This document shows, one piece after another, positions 1-8,191 of a DNA stretch of 64,000 nucleotides; the stretch's first letter is position 1, and each line of letters starts with the position of its first letter. The notes under the pieces are model-generated. The model saw only the letters and a program-made list of their open reading frames with translations. It had not been told where the DNA came from and ran no database searches. A program made the position numbers and the translations under genes. The stretch is from Candidatus Levyibacteriota bacterium (GTDB lineage Bacteria > Patescibacteriota > Microgenomatia > Levybacterales > UBA12049), in NCBI GenBank assembly GCA_963722305.1, contig CAVRKE010000001.1, forward strand, positions 501,549-565,548, in the 5' to 3' direction.

Positions 1-1
1 C

Positions 2-331
2 ATTCGGGTAATTGCTGCCAACGCCGACCTTTACGAATCAATCATTAGTACTTTCCAACAGGTAGGCTTTTCGATCCAGTCGCTCTCTCCGGTTACGCTT
101 TACGGCGACGACATCCAGATTGAAAGACTAACCAGCGAGTCGGAAAAAATATTTTCCGGAAAAAATGACTCTTTAAGAAAATACAGCCTGGTGAGTGACA
201 CCGGTAATTTTGTCGCGGCAAAAGAAGAAGAAGTAGTCAAGCAAAAAAATAACATGATGATTATTGCCTCGGTTATAATGTTTGTCATTGCGGGGTTTTT
301 GCTGGTTTTCGCCTTATTTTTCCTCAAATAA
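2..331 (+). CDS. 3' fragment of a hypothetical protein with C-terminal transmembrane anchor; gene runs off the window start
   Basis: Frame 2 is open from position 2 to a TAA stop at 329-331 (...KQKNNMMIIASVIMFVIAGFLLVFALFFLK*). The ORF track instead lists the antisense ORF 100..327. Confidence 0.35.
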   Translation: MRVIAANADLYESIISTFQQVGFSIQSLSPVTLYGDDIQIERLTSESEKIFSGKNDSLRKYSLVSDTGNFVAAKEEEVVKQKNNMMIIASVIMFVIAGFLLVFALFFLK

Positions 332-401
332 AATTAAACCTTTAGTAATTTTAGCTTCATTTTGGGGTAATCCCACCCTGTTGGTACAAAATCGTTAGAA
401 T

Positions 402-656
402 ATGATTATGTACCATTTAAAACAAGTACCTACGGATGCCCAGATTAAAAAGTTTCTCAGAAGAACTGTTTTTGGTAGAAATATCTTCTGTCCAAAGTGC
501 AAATCCTGGAATATTGTTCGCTTTGAAAAAAGATACAGATGTAGACAATGTCAGATTAAGTTCTCGCTGTTTTCCCATACCTGGCTTTGCAATGTGAAGA
601 TTCCTTTGCAGAGATTTATAATGGACCCCATAATCTGCACAGTCACCTTAGACTAA
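402..656 (+). pseudogene. N-terminal fragment (zinc-ribbon region) of IS1595-family transposase, truncated by the IS3 insertion
   Basis: First 73 aa identical to the intact 268-aa transposase at 29423..30229 (CPKC...CRQC), then diverges exactly at the IS3 junction at 617/618. Confidence 0.8.
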
Positions 657-670
657 GATAGAATAGTTCT

Positions 671-967
671 ATGGATCAAAAAATACGCAGAATTCATCCA
701 CCGGCATTTAAAGCCAGAGTTGCTCTGGAGGCAATTAAGGAACAAAAAACAATTGCGGAGCTGTCAAGTATGTACGGTGTACATTCAACCCAAATAACGA
801 AATGGAAACGCCGGGCGTTGGAGATTCTCTCGCAAGGGTTTTCAGAACATCTTATTCAACGGAAACGGGATGACCGTGAGCTGGTACAGGAATTGTATCG
901 GCAAATAGGAAGATTAAAAGTCGAAGTAGACTTTCTTAAAAAAAAGATGGGCATCTTCGACGAGTAG
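671..967 (+). CDS. IS3-family transposase OrfA (HTH)
   Basis: 98-aa HTH protein of IS3/IS911 OrfA type. The A8G slippery run (A at 938-945, G at 946) near its 3' end fits a -1 frameshift into OrfB. Confidence 0.85.
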   Translation: MDQKIRRIHPPAFKARVALEAIKEQKTIAELSSMYGVHSTQITKWKRRALEILSQGFSEHLIQRKRDDRELVQELYRQIGRLKVEVDFLKKKMGIFDE

Positions 968-1070
968 GGATATCCTTACTCCCGGAGAAATTGCTCTGCA
1001 CATTAACAAAACAGAAAGCGTATTACCAAAGAGTATACGGGCTGATCTTCTGGATATTTCCAGATCAAGT

Positions 1071-1808
1071 TTGTACTATCAGCCAAGACCGGTTAAACCC
1101 GAGGCACTCATTTTAATGAACAGAATTGATGAGGTATATACTGCCCACCCTTTTTATGGTTCAAGACGTATGGCAAAAGAGGTTGGTGTTAACAGAAAAC
1201 AGGCACAACGCCTGATGCGTGAAATGGGCTATGAGGCATTGTATCCGAAGCCTAATTTGAGTAAACCCGATAAACAACACATGTTCTATCCGTATTTACT
1301 CAAAGGAGTAGTTGCAGGATATCCAAATCATATCTGGGGCACAGATATTACGTATATTCGGATGAAACATGGGTTTGTATATTTAACTGCCTTTCTTGAT
1401 TGGTTTACCAGATTTGTTGTTTCCTGGAAGCTCTCAATTACCCTTGAAACAGACTTTTGTTTTGATGCTGCAACTGAAGCAATTGAGAAATTCGGAAGAC
1501 CAACCATTATTAATGAAGATCAGGGATCACAAAATACCGATCATCTGATGACAGATCTCTGGGAAAATCACAATGTCAAAATCAGCATGGACTCACGGGG
1601 ACGGGCACTGGACAATATCTTCACCGAGAGGTTATGGAGGAGTGTTAAATATGAAGAGGTATACTTAAAAGAATACGCTACTGTTTTGGAAGCAAAAGAA
1701 AACATTGAAAACTATTTTTACTTTTACAATTATGAAAGAAAACACCAATCGCTTAATTACAGAACACCGGCTGAAATATATTTTGGAAAGGAGGAAAACT
1801 TAGTCTAA
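1071..1808 (+). CDS. IS3-family transposase OrfB (DDE integrase core, rve)
   Basis: HIWGTDITYI...NEDQGSQNTDH...YNYERKHQSLNYRTPAEIY is a typical IS3 DDE catalytic core. The frame is open upstream of the listed Met, consistent with an OrfAB fusion. Confidence 0.85.
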   Translation: MYYQPRPVKPEALILMNRIDEVYTAHPFYGSRRMAKEVGVNRKQAQRLMREMGYEALYPKPNLSKPDKQHMFYPYLLKGVVAGYPNHIWGTDITYIRMKHGFVYLTAFLDWFTRFVVSWKLSITLETDFCFDAATEAIEKFGRPTIINEDQGSQNTDHLMTDLWENHNVKISMDSRGRALDNIFTERLWRSVKYEEVYLKEYATVLEAKENIENYFYFYNYERKHQSLNYRTPAEIYFGKEENLV

Positions 1809-1882
1809 GTTTAGCCGTTTTACTGTGTTGACAATGGGGTCCACCTTAATTTTGGTTAATTCTCTGGTGCTGGACAAAACAA

Positions 1883-2443
1883 ATGCCGGTTAAACAGACT
1901 GAAGATCTAACTTCTTTGTCTGAGAAGGGAGTCAGACATTACTTTGACTTGTTCAGAGAACAATTACCAAGAGATCAGAGGCTTCTAGAGCATATTGTCC
2001 AGCTTGATGAGGCCTACTTTGGCAGATTTGGTAATACCGCACTTCTCATGGGAAAGGAGAGAGGAACCAGAAAGCTTGCTTATCAAATCCTCTCCTCTGA
2101 TGCCCCAGCGAAGAAAGATGCAATTGATTTTGTTAGAACTTACGTTAAACCAGAGTCTCAACTAAATACAGATGGCTCTACTATTTACAAAAATATTGAT
2201 AAGTATTATCCTCTATTCCATATGACAGACATTCACAAGAAATTTGAGTTTACCAACACCTCTGAAATTGAAGGAATGTTTGGCGTTTTAAGGACTTTTA
2301 TCCGGAGGATGTACCACCATGTCAGTGAAGAAAAGCTTGAAGAATATGTCTGTGAATTTTACTGCAGATTTTCCAGACCGGAAATGTTTAAATCTCCTTA
2401 CCATTACTTGCAAAACACGCTACATGCTTTACCAACAGGGTAG
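1883..2443 (+). pseudogene. C-terminal fragment of the interrupted IS1595-family transposase
   Basis: Identical to residues ~83-268 of the intact transposase at 29423..30229. Confidence 0.8.
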
Positions 2444-2503
2444 GAGAACCCTCATTTTGCTTCTTGACAAGGCATATCTATTATGTCAATAATTAATTAA
2501 TAC

Positions 2504-2953
2504 ATGAAATCTGCTGCCCAACAAAAAGGTTTTACATTAATCGAACTCCTCGTCGTCATCGGAATCCTTGCAATCCTCTTTTCAATTGTTTTAATTGCTA
2601 TCAATCCAGCCAGGCAATTTAACCAAGCTAATGACACAAAAAGAAGAAGCGATACGCTGCAGATTTTGAACTCAATTCATCAGTATGCAGCTGAGCACTC
2701 CGGAAATCTTCCGGCACCGTTAGCAACACCATATACAGCCGCCGATGTGGCTAATACAGGCGCCGACCTCTGCGCACTGATAATGCCAACTTATATTTCG
2801 GCTCTTCCGCAAGATCCGGCTAATAACAATGGTGTACCAATCACATCCTGCACAACCTACGACACAGGCTATCAAGTAGCAGTTGATGCTCAAGGAAGAG
2901 TTACAGTTAGCGCACCGGATGCTAAACTAGGCACAGTGTCGGTAACCAGATAA
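2504..2953 (+). CDS. type IV pilin-like protein (prepilin N-terminal cleavage/methylation domain)
   Basis: N-terminus KGFTLIELLVVIGILAILFSIVLIAINP is a class III signal peptide with a conserved Glu at +5. Confidence 0.8.
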   Translation: MKSAAQQKGFTLIELLVVIGILAILFSIVLIAINPARQFNQANDTKRRSDTLQILNSIHQYAAEHSGNLPAPLATPYTAADVANTGADLCALIMPTYISALPQDPANNNGVPITSCTTYDTGYQVAVDAQGRVTVSAPDAKLGTVSVTR

Positions 2954-2954
2954 T

Positions 2955-3401
2955 ATGAAAAGTCAAAAAGGTTTTACATTAATCGAACTCCTCGTCGTCA
3001 TCGGAATACTTGCAATCCTCTTTTCAATTGTTTTAATTGCTATCAATCCAGCCAGGCAATTTAACCAAGCTAATGACACAAAAAGAAGAAGCGATACGCT
3101 GCAGATTTTGAACTCAATTCATCAGTATGCGGCTGAGCATTCCGGAAATCTACCAACAGGTTTAACAGCCGGGATGGCCGCAGTCGATGTTTCTGATACA
3201 ACCGGAGATGCTAATATCTGTGCGCAGATAATGCCAACTTACATTTCGGCTCTTCCGCAAGATCCGCAAAACAACAGTGGAGCACCAATCACAACCTGCA
3301 CCGGCTATGACACCGGCTATCAGGTTTCAGTAGATACACAGGGAAGAGTTACAGTTAGCGCACCGGATGCTAAACTAGGCACAGTGTCGGTAACCAGATA
3401 A
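2955..3401 (+). CDS. type IV pilin-like protein, tandem paralog
   Basis: Same prepilin N-terminus. The first ~190 bp and last ~60 bp are nearly identical at DNA level to 2504..2953; the central part differs. Confidence 0.8.
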   Translation: MKSQKGFTLIELLVVIGILAILFSIVLIAINPARQFNQANDTKRRSDTLQILNSIHQYAAEHSGNLPTGLTAGMAAVDVSDTTGDANICAQIMPTYISALPQDPQNNSGAPITTCTGYDTGYQVSVDTQGRVTVSAPDAKLGTVSVTR

Positions 3402-3423
3402 ATTCACGATAAATATTGAATGA

Positions 3424-3444
3424 ACCCCTGCAAAGGGGTTTTTT
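3424..3444 (+). terminator. Rho-independent terminator after the pilin pair
   Basis: ACCCCT-GCAA-AGGGGT hairpin followed by TTTTTT. Confidence 0.7.
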
Positions 3445-3463
3445 ATTGCCTACGTGTATTAGC

Positions 3464-3493
3464 TTGACATCTAATCTTCCCATTACTTATAAT
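3464..3493 (+). promoter_or_regulatory. consensus sigma70-type promoter (TTGACA-18-TATAAT)
   Basis: TTGACA at 3464-3469, 18-nt spacer, TATAAT at 3488-3493. The ATG at 3504 lies ~4 nt from the predicted transcription start, implying a leaderless or near-leaderless mRNA. Confidence 0.5.
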
Positions 3494-3503
3494 CCGCTTT
3501 ATT

Positions 3504-4046
3504 ATGCCATCGATAGCAAGACGAGGACACAGAGTAGGGCCTGAACGAGGCGGAACAACAGATGTTGGTGGAGCACCCGCAACTGCTACGAAAGAAGCGG
3601 GTGGAACTATGGTTGTTCCGGACATTGAACATTCTATTTTTGGATCCACCCCGCAACAGTTTGCGGCAATGTTTGAGCAAGAATACAGCGAAATCTATTT
3701 TGAAGATATACCATTAACGCTTCGTTCTAAGGACGGCAGTAAAATAAAGCTTAAACCCGGAGTTTTTGTTACAACTACAGATTCTAAAGGAGAACCAATC
3801 CAACAATGTTTAATCGACCGGGGAATTATCATAAATATTCTTTTAATGGACGCTGTTCAACCAGACGGCACACAGATTGAAAGGAGTTTTCCTAATGTCG
3901 AGGGACGTAAAACATTATTAACACTTGCAGGGTTTTGTAGCGAAAAAGATCATATGCCTACTATTACTATCGGCAGTGCTGCTCATAACAGGCTGAAACA
4001 AGCTATACAGCAGTATCGCCAAGAAAGATCTGGTCAGCATCCATAA
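3504..4046 (+). CDS. hypothetical protein
   Basis: 180-aa ORF with no recognisable motif. A consensus promoter directly upstream supports expression and the 3504 start. Confidence 0.45.
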   Translation: MPSIARRGHRVGPERGGTTDVGGAPATATKEAGGTMVVPDIEHSIFGSTPQQFAAMFEQEYSEIYFEDIPLTLRSKDGSKIKLKPGVFVTTTDSKGEPIQQCLIDRGIIINILLMDAVQPDGTQIERSFPNVEGRKTLLTLAGFCSEKDHMPTITIGSAAHNRLKQAIQQYRQERSGQHP

Positions 4047-4060
4047 CATTTAAACATTAA

Positions 4061-5836
4061 TTACCTTCCAAACCAAGCATCTAGAATCTTTTTGGCGATC
4101 GGCGCGGCCACGTTACTGCCTTCTCCGCTGTTTTCCGAAAGGACCGTGATAACAATTTGCGGATTGTAAGCCGGCGCAAACAGCGTCACCCAGGCATGGG
4201 CTAAGGTATTTTCTCCACCGTTTTCCGCCGTGCCGGTTTTGCAGGCTAAAACCACCTGGCGCATATCGGCCGAGCCCGAAGAAGGGTCAACCCCTAGAAT
4301 ATTTTTCCCGTCGATGGGAAGCTTTGGATTCTTAACCATGTAATTAAACAAGGGCCAAGCCACACCCCCGGGACTGCAGGCTTCAACCATCCCCTCCTTA
4401 ATTAAATCCGCCGAATGGTTGTCTAAAAGATTGACGCTGAGAAGTTGGGAACCAAAATCCTTCATTAAGTGCGGCTTATACAAATTGCCGTTATTGGCAA
4501 TCGCCTGCGTCCAGGAATTAACCTGTAAAGGCGTGGTTAAGAGGTAACCCTGGCCAATTCCGTAGTGATAGGTATCCCCCAAGTACCATTGTTCGCCGAT
4601 ATTTTTGAGTTTCCATTCCGGCGTCGGCACTAATCCCGGTGCTTCTCCCGGCAAATCAATCCCCAAGTCTTCCCCCAACCCGAATTTCTTGGCCATTGCC
4701 GAAACTTTATCAACCCCCACTTTTTCCGCCAGTTGATAAAAGAAAATATCGTTGGAACGCTTGATGCCTTTGACAATGTTGACCATGCCGTCGGTTCCAC
4801 CGTAACCGGTGTAATACCAGTTGGAAAAAGAAAATGCACCGACCGTCAAAACGCCGGTATCTTCGATTTGCCAGTTTTCGTCAATGATTTTATCAGCCAG
4901 GCCCGCCGAAGCGACTATTAATTTAAAGGTTGAACCCGGTGGATAGACTCCTGAAATTGCCCGATTTAAAAGCGGCTGGTTTTGCGAATCGGAAAGAATA
5001 TCCGATAAGCTTAAATATGAACTGGCAGTCGAGATTTTATAATCCTGTCGCATCGTAAACAGGTTAGGGTCAAACGAAGGCTTGGAAACCATAGCCAGTA
5101 TTTCACCGTTAGGAGTTGAAACTATGGCCGCGCCCTTTTTGACGTCTTTCATGGCTGTAAAGACCGCCTCCTGAAGCTTTGCATCTAAAGTCAAAACGAT
5201 ATCTTGTCCGGCAACCGGGTCATTCTGGCCAAGCACCCTGACCAAATTGCCCCTCGCATCAACTTCGAAAAGCTCCTTCCCGTCGGTCCCTTTTAATAAA
5301 GACTCGTATTCCTGCTCGATTCCGGATTGTCCGACTAAATCTGATGGCGAGTATCCGGCGTATTGAGGATCCGACAGTTGCTCTTTGGAAATCTGGCCGA
5401 TATAGCCCAAAACGTGGGCGAAGGCTTCTTTGTACGGATAGCTTCTTAAAGAATCCACTTCCAAATTATTTTTGCCCGCAGCAATTGCCTGCAAAGCTTC
5501 ATCCTGATTTAAAATTACCGTTTTACCGTTAACAATTTCCCTTACTCCGGGCGCGTTAAAAACTAAAGGCGTACCGTTTCGGTCAAAAATTATTCCTCTT
5601 GGCGCATGGATGGTAACGGTTTTGGTGCGGTTACTGTCCGAAAGGTAGCGGTAATAATAACCTTCCAAGACCTGCAGAAAAAATAAGCGGAAAAAAAGAA
5701 TTGAAAATAACACCAGCAAAGCCAAAGGCAGCAAATAATTCCTGTTGGAATGCCCACCACCCTCGTAATCCCATTTTCTTCTTTTGTGGTCGCCCTTAGT
5801 AATATAATCGCCAAAAGCGATACCCGGTTTATTCAT
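4061..5836 (-). CDS. mrdA: penicillin-binding protein 2 (peptidoglycan D,D-transpeptidase)
   Basis: N-terminal transmembrane helix plus the transpeptidase motifs GSTFK (SxxK), SND (SxN) and KTGTAE (KTG). Adjacent to mreCD. Confidence 0.9.
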   Translation of the reverse strand: MNKPGIAFGDYITKGDHKRRKWDYEGGGHSNRNYLLPLALLVLFSILFFRLFFLQVLEGYYYRYLSDSNRTKTVTIHAPRGIIFDRNGTPLVFNAPGVREIVNGKTVILNQDEALQAIAAGKNNLEVDSLRSYPYKEAFAHVLGYIGQISKEQLSDPQYAGYSPSDLVGQSGIEQEYESLLKGTDGKELFEVDARGNLVRVLGQNDPVAGQDIVLTLDAKLQEAVFTAMKDVKKGAAIVSTPNGEILAMVSKPSFDPNLFTMRQDYKISTASSYLSLSDILSDSQNQPLLNRAISGVYPPGSTFKLIVASAGLADKIIDENWQIEDTGVLTVGAFSFSNWYYTGYGGTDGMVNIVKGIKRSNDIFFYQLAEKVGVDKVSAMAKKFGLGEDLGIDLPGEAPGLVPTPEWKLKNIGEQWYLGDTYHYGIGQGYLLTTPLQVNSWTQAIANNGNLYKPHLMKDFGSQLLSVNLLDNHSADLIKEGMVEACSPGGVAWPLFNYMVKNPKLPIDGKNILGVDPSSGSADMRQVVLACKTGTAENGGENTLAHAWVTLFAPAYNPQIVITVLSENSGEGSNVAAPIAKKILDAWFGR

Positions 5837-5856
5837 AAATGTTGTTGTACTCCAAT

Positions 5857-5954
5857 TTCTAATTTAAAATTTCTAATTTTTAATCAAGTCTAAATGTCTT
5901 AATTTTGAGCATTTTGGGCATTCATTGGAAATTAAGAATTAAAAATTGAAAATT
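5857..5954. repeat. ~100-bp AT-rich intergenic repeat, copy A, immediately upstream of mrdA
   Basis: ~85-90% identical to 11541..11644. Contains AATTTCTAATTT and GAAAATTGAAAATT units. Confidence 0.8.
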
Positions 5955-6360
5955 ATCCTTTTATATTCGCTCTCTGAACCACCTTAAACATTATTAATCC
6001 GATTATTGAACTTACAACCGCTTGAACAATAATTAAGTCTGTATCCCCCACTAGGAAAAGATAAATAAAACTTCCTGCAAGTATAGTAAGGAAAACAAAA
6101 GTATTGGTTTCGATCTCAAATTTACTTTGGTAAAGCAGAACCAAGAATAAAGATAGCACAAAAAAGGCGCTGGATAAGCCAAGTGTCCGAAAGCCGACCA
6201 AGTCTAAAAGAATCCCGAAGATAAAGCCGAAACCAAACAGCCAATTTTCTTTTGACAGCACCAGCAAAACGAGTAACGCCAAAAAAACCAAGGGAAGAGT
6301 GGTCAGGCTTGCTTCTAGAATTAGGGCGATTGATAGTAAAATTAGCGCCAAAATCTTCAT
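5953..6360 (-). CDS. mreD: rod shape-determining protein MreD-like membrane protein
   Basis: 135-aa polytopic membrane protein immediately downstream of and overlapping mreC. Confidence 0.6.
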   Translation of the reverse strand: MKILALILLSIALILEASLTTLPLVFLALLVLLVLSKENWLFGFGFIFGILLDLVGFRTLGLSSAFFVLSLFLVLLYQSKFEIETNTFVFLTILAGSFIYLFLVGDTDLIIVQAVVSSIIGLIMFKVVQRANIKG

Positions 6361-7163
6361 TAGTAATTAACAATCACAAACACTTTGCTAAGCTTACTAA
6401 AATTAATTTTACTGTTCAGTTTTGCTTCCTGGAAAAGGTCGCTGGGGAACTTACTGACCGATTCTATTTGTCCGACCACCAGATCCGGAGGAACACCAAC
6501 CATAGTTTGACTGTCAAAATCACCTTTAGTTAAGACTAAGTCGCCTTTTTGTAAAGAATCTGACAAGACAACGTTATCTAAAAATAAACCGCCACCACCC
6601 TGGCCTTTTACCACTCCCAAAGCATCTGTTGAGGCCGTTTTAGCCGTAAAAGATGAGGAAAAATTGCTAATTAACATTACACTTGCTAGGGAGGAGGAGG
6701 TTTTAATAATCCTCCCAACCAAATTGTCCTGGTAAACAACCGCTTGTCCAACTTTGATTCCGTCATTTTCTCCTCTGTCCAGAACTAAAAATTCCGGAGC
6801 AGAAATTCCGGGGATGAATCCGGGAGCGCCGATGACGTTTGCTTCAATTAAAGTTGGACTTTTCGGATTTTCCGTTTGAAATTGGTCCCTTAAAGCCTTG
6901 TTATCTTCAATAAGCTTAGTCTGATTGACAATTTTTTCAGTTAAGGCAAAATTTTGGGCCTGCAAACTTTTTACTTCCGAGTTCGTAGCAAAACCGGTCA
7001 ATTTTGCATAAGCACTATAGCTTAGAGCCTGAAACGGCGCTAAAACTTCCTTGGTCAACGAGTCAACCGGCTTTAAAAGACCCATTTTTGAGATGAAAAT
7101 AATCACTAACGACAAAAACAGGAAGAGCAAAAAATAGGAAAGAAGATTGTTTTTTTGGTGCAT
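6360..7163 (-). CDS. mreC: rod shape-determining protein MreC
   Basis: N-terminal transmembrane anchor, coiled-coil segment, and Gly-rich beta domain (GQGGGGLFLDNV). Confidence 0.8.
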   Translation of the reverse strand: MHQKNNLLSYFLLFLFLSLVIIFISKMGLLKPVDSLTKEVLAPFQALSYSAYAKLTGFATNSEVKSLQAQNFALTEKIVNQTKLIEDNKALRDQFQTENPKSPTLIEANVIGAPGFIPGISAPEFLVLDRGENDGIKVGQAVVYQDNLVGRIIKTSSSLASVMLISNFSSSFTAKTASTDALGVVKGQGGGGLFLDNVVLSDSLQKGDLVLTKGDFDSQTMVGVPPDLVVGQIESVSKFPSDLFQEAKLNSKINFSKLSKVFVIVNY

Positions 7164-7348
7164 GAAACCATTTTAGCCTTTTTGAAAAAAGAAGACAAGC
7201 TTTTGCATACTAGGTTGACTAGAATTATGCGAATAATTTTGATATCTATTTATGTTCATAATATGAGTAATACTTTATTTTTGATGGCTATGTTTATTTA
7301 CATTAATTGTCAAAATATGGGCTTTGACTCGCCTGCTATAATAGCGCT

Positions 7349-8191
7349 ATGGCAAAAAAATCTGTTACGGAGGTTTTAAAATATTTTCAGTTTTCCGATA
7401 AAAATAAAGTTCTAAAAAAACTGCAGACAATTATTGCCGGCGGAAAAAATAATTTGCATTTACTTTTTGATTTTGACCGGACCTTAACTGTTGGTAAAAA
7501 CAACACCGGTGAAGACTTTACTTCGTGGAATATCTTAACAAAACTTTTGCCTCCTAAGGCTTTTGCCAAACAGTACAAACTTTATCAAAAATATCGACCA
7601 ATAGAGGCATCGGGCAAATTAAGTGCCAAAGATGCAACAAGTTGGGCCAATCAGGTGTTGAAAATTATTGTTGAAAACCAGGTCAATTTGTTGGAAATGG
7701 AAAAAGACTTTTTGCAAAACACCAGCATTAGATCTCATGCTAAAAACATTTTTGATGCTTGTAATATTCTCGGAATTCCCATTGTAATTGTCTCGGCCGG
7801 AATAAAAAATGTTATTGATATTTGGTCAAAAATATTTCAGGTATCCCCTGCTTTAGTTTTAGCTGTCAAGCTAATCGCTGACACAAACGGAAAAATTATC
7901 GACTGGGACAAAAATATTATCCATGTAGGAAATAAAGGAGAACAAGGAAACGAGGAGTTGGATAAAATCAAAAATCAAAGACCGAACATTATTGCCGTTG
8001 GGGACGCCATTGAAGACGCGGATATGGTTAAGGACGATGAAAATGTCCTGCGGATAAGAATTAACGACCCAAGGATAGATGAGAAATTAAGTGAAGCAGA
8101 ACGTCTGAAGAAAACTTTTGCCAAGTTTGATTTAATGATTGACTCCGGCACTCTGGAGCCGGTTTTGAAGATTTTGGAATTATTGGAATAA
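7349..8191 (+). CDS. HAD-superfamily hydrolase (pyrimidine 5'-nucleotidase-like)
   Basis: Motif I LLFDFDRTLT (DxDxT) and motif IV GDAIEDADM. Confidence 0.55.
   Translation: MAKKSVTEVLKYFQFSDKNKVLKKLQTIIAGGKNNLHLLFDFDRTLTVGKNNTGEDFTSWNILTKLLPPKAFAKQYKLYQKYRPIEASGKLSAKDATSWANQVLKIIVENQVNLLEMEKDFLQNTSIRSHAKNIFDACNILGIPIVIVSAGIKNVIDIWSKIFQVSPALVLAVKLIADTNGKIIDWDKNIIHVGNKGEQGNEELDKIKNQRPNIIAVGDAIEDADMVKDDENVLRIRINDPRIDEKLSEAERLKKTFAKFDLMIDSGTLEPVLKILELLE

Larger units (their letters stand above)
618..1849 (+). mobile_element. IS3-family insertion sequence, copy 1 (1232 bp)
   Basis: Ends ATAATGGACCCCAT...ATGGGGTCCACCTTAA with shared TGGACCCCAT terminal inverted repeats. 3-bp target-site duplication TTT at 615-617 and 1850-1852. 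An identical element lies at 21697..22928. Confidence 0.9.
365..2451 (+). mobile_element. IS1595-family insertion sequence, copy A, itself interrupted by a nested IS3-family element
   Basis: Terminal inverted repeats GGGTAATCCCACCCTGTTGGTA / TACCAACAGGGTAGGAGAACCC. Perfect 8-bp target-site duplication TCATTTTG at 357-364 and 2452-2459. After removing the 1232-bp insert and its 3-bp duplication the length is 852 bp, the same as copy B at 29415..30266. Confidence 0.85.

Noticed and set aside
100-327. 75-aa minus-strand ORF in the ORF track
   Set aside because: It is antisense to an open + strand frame (2..331) that ends in a typical C-terminal transmembrane anchor and stop. The + strand reading, a gene truncated by the window edge, is more plausible.
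2464-2503. sigma70 promoter for the pilin genes at the TTGACA at 2464
   Set aside because: No acceptable -10 at 16-18 nt spacing. Not called, although the TTGACA lies 13 bp outside the IS1595 end.
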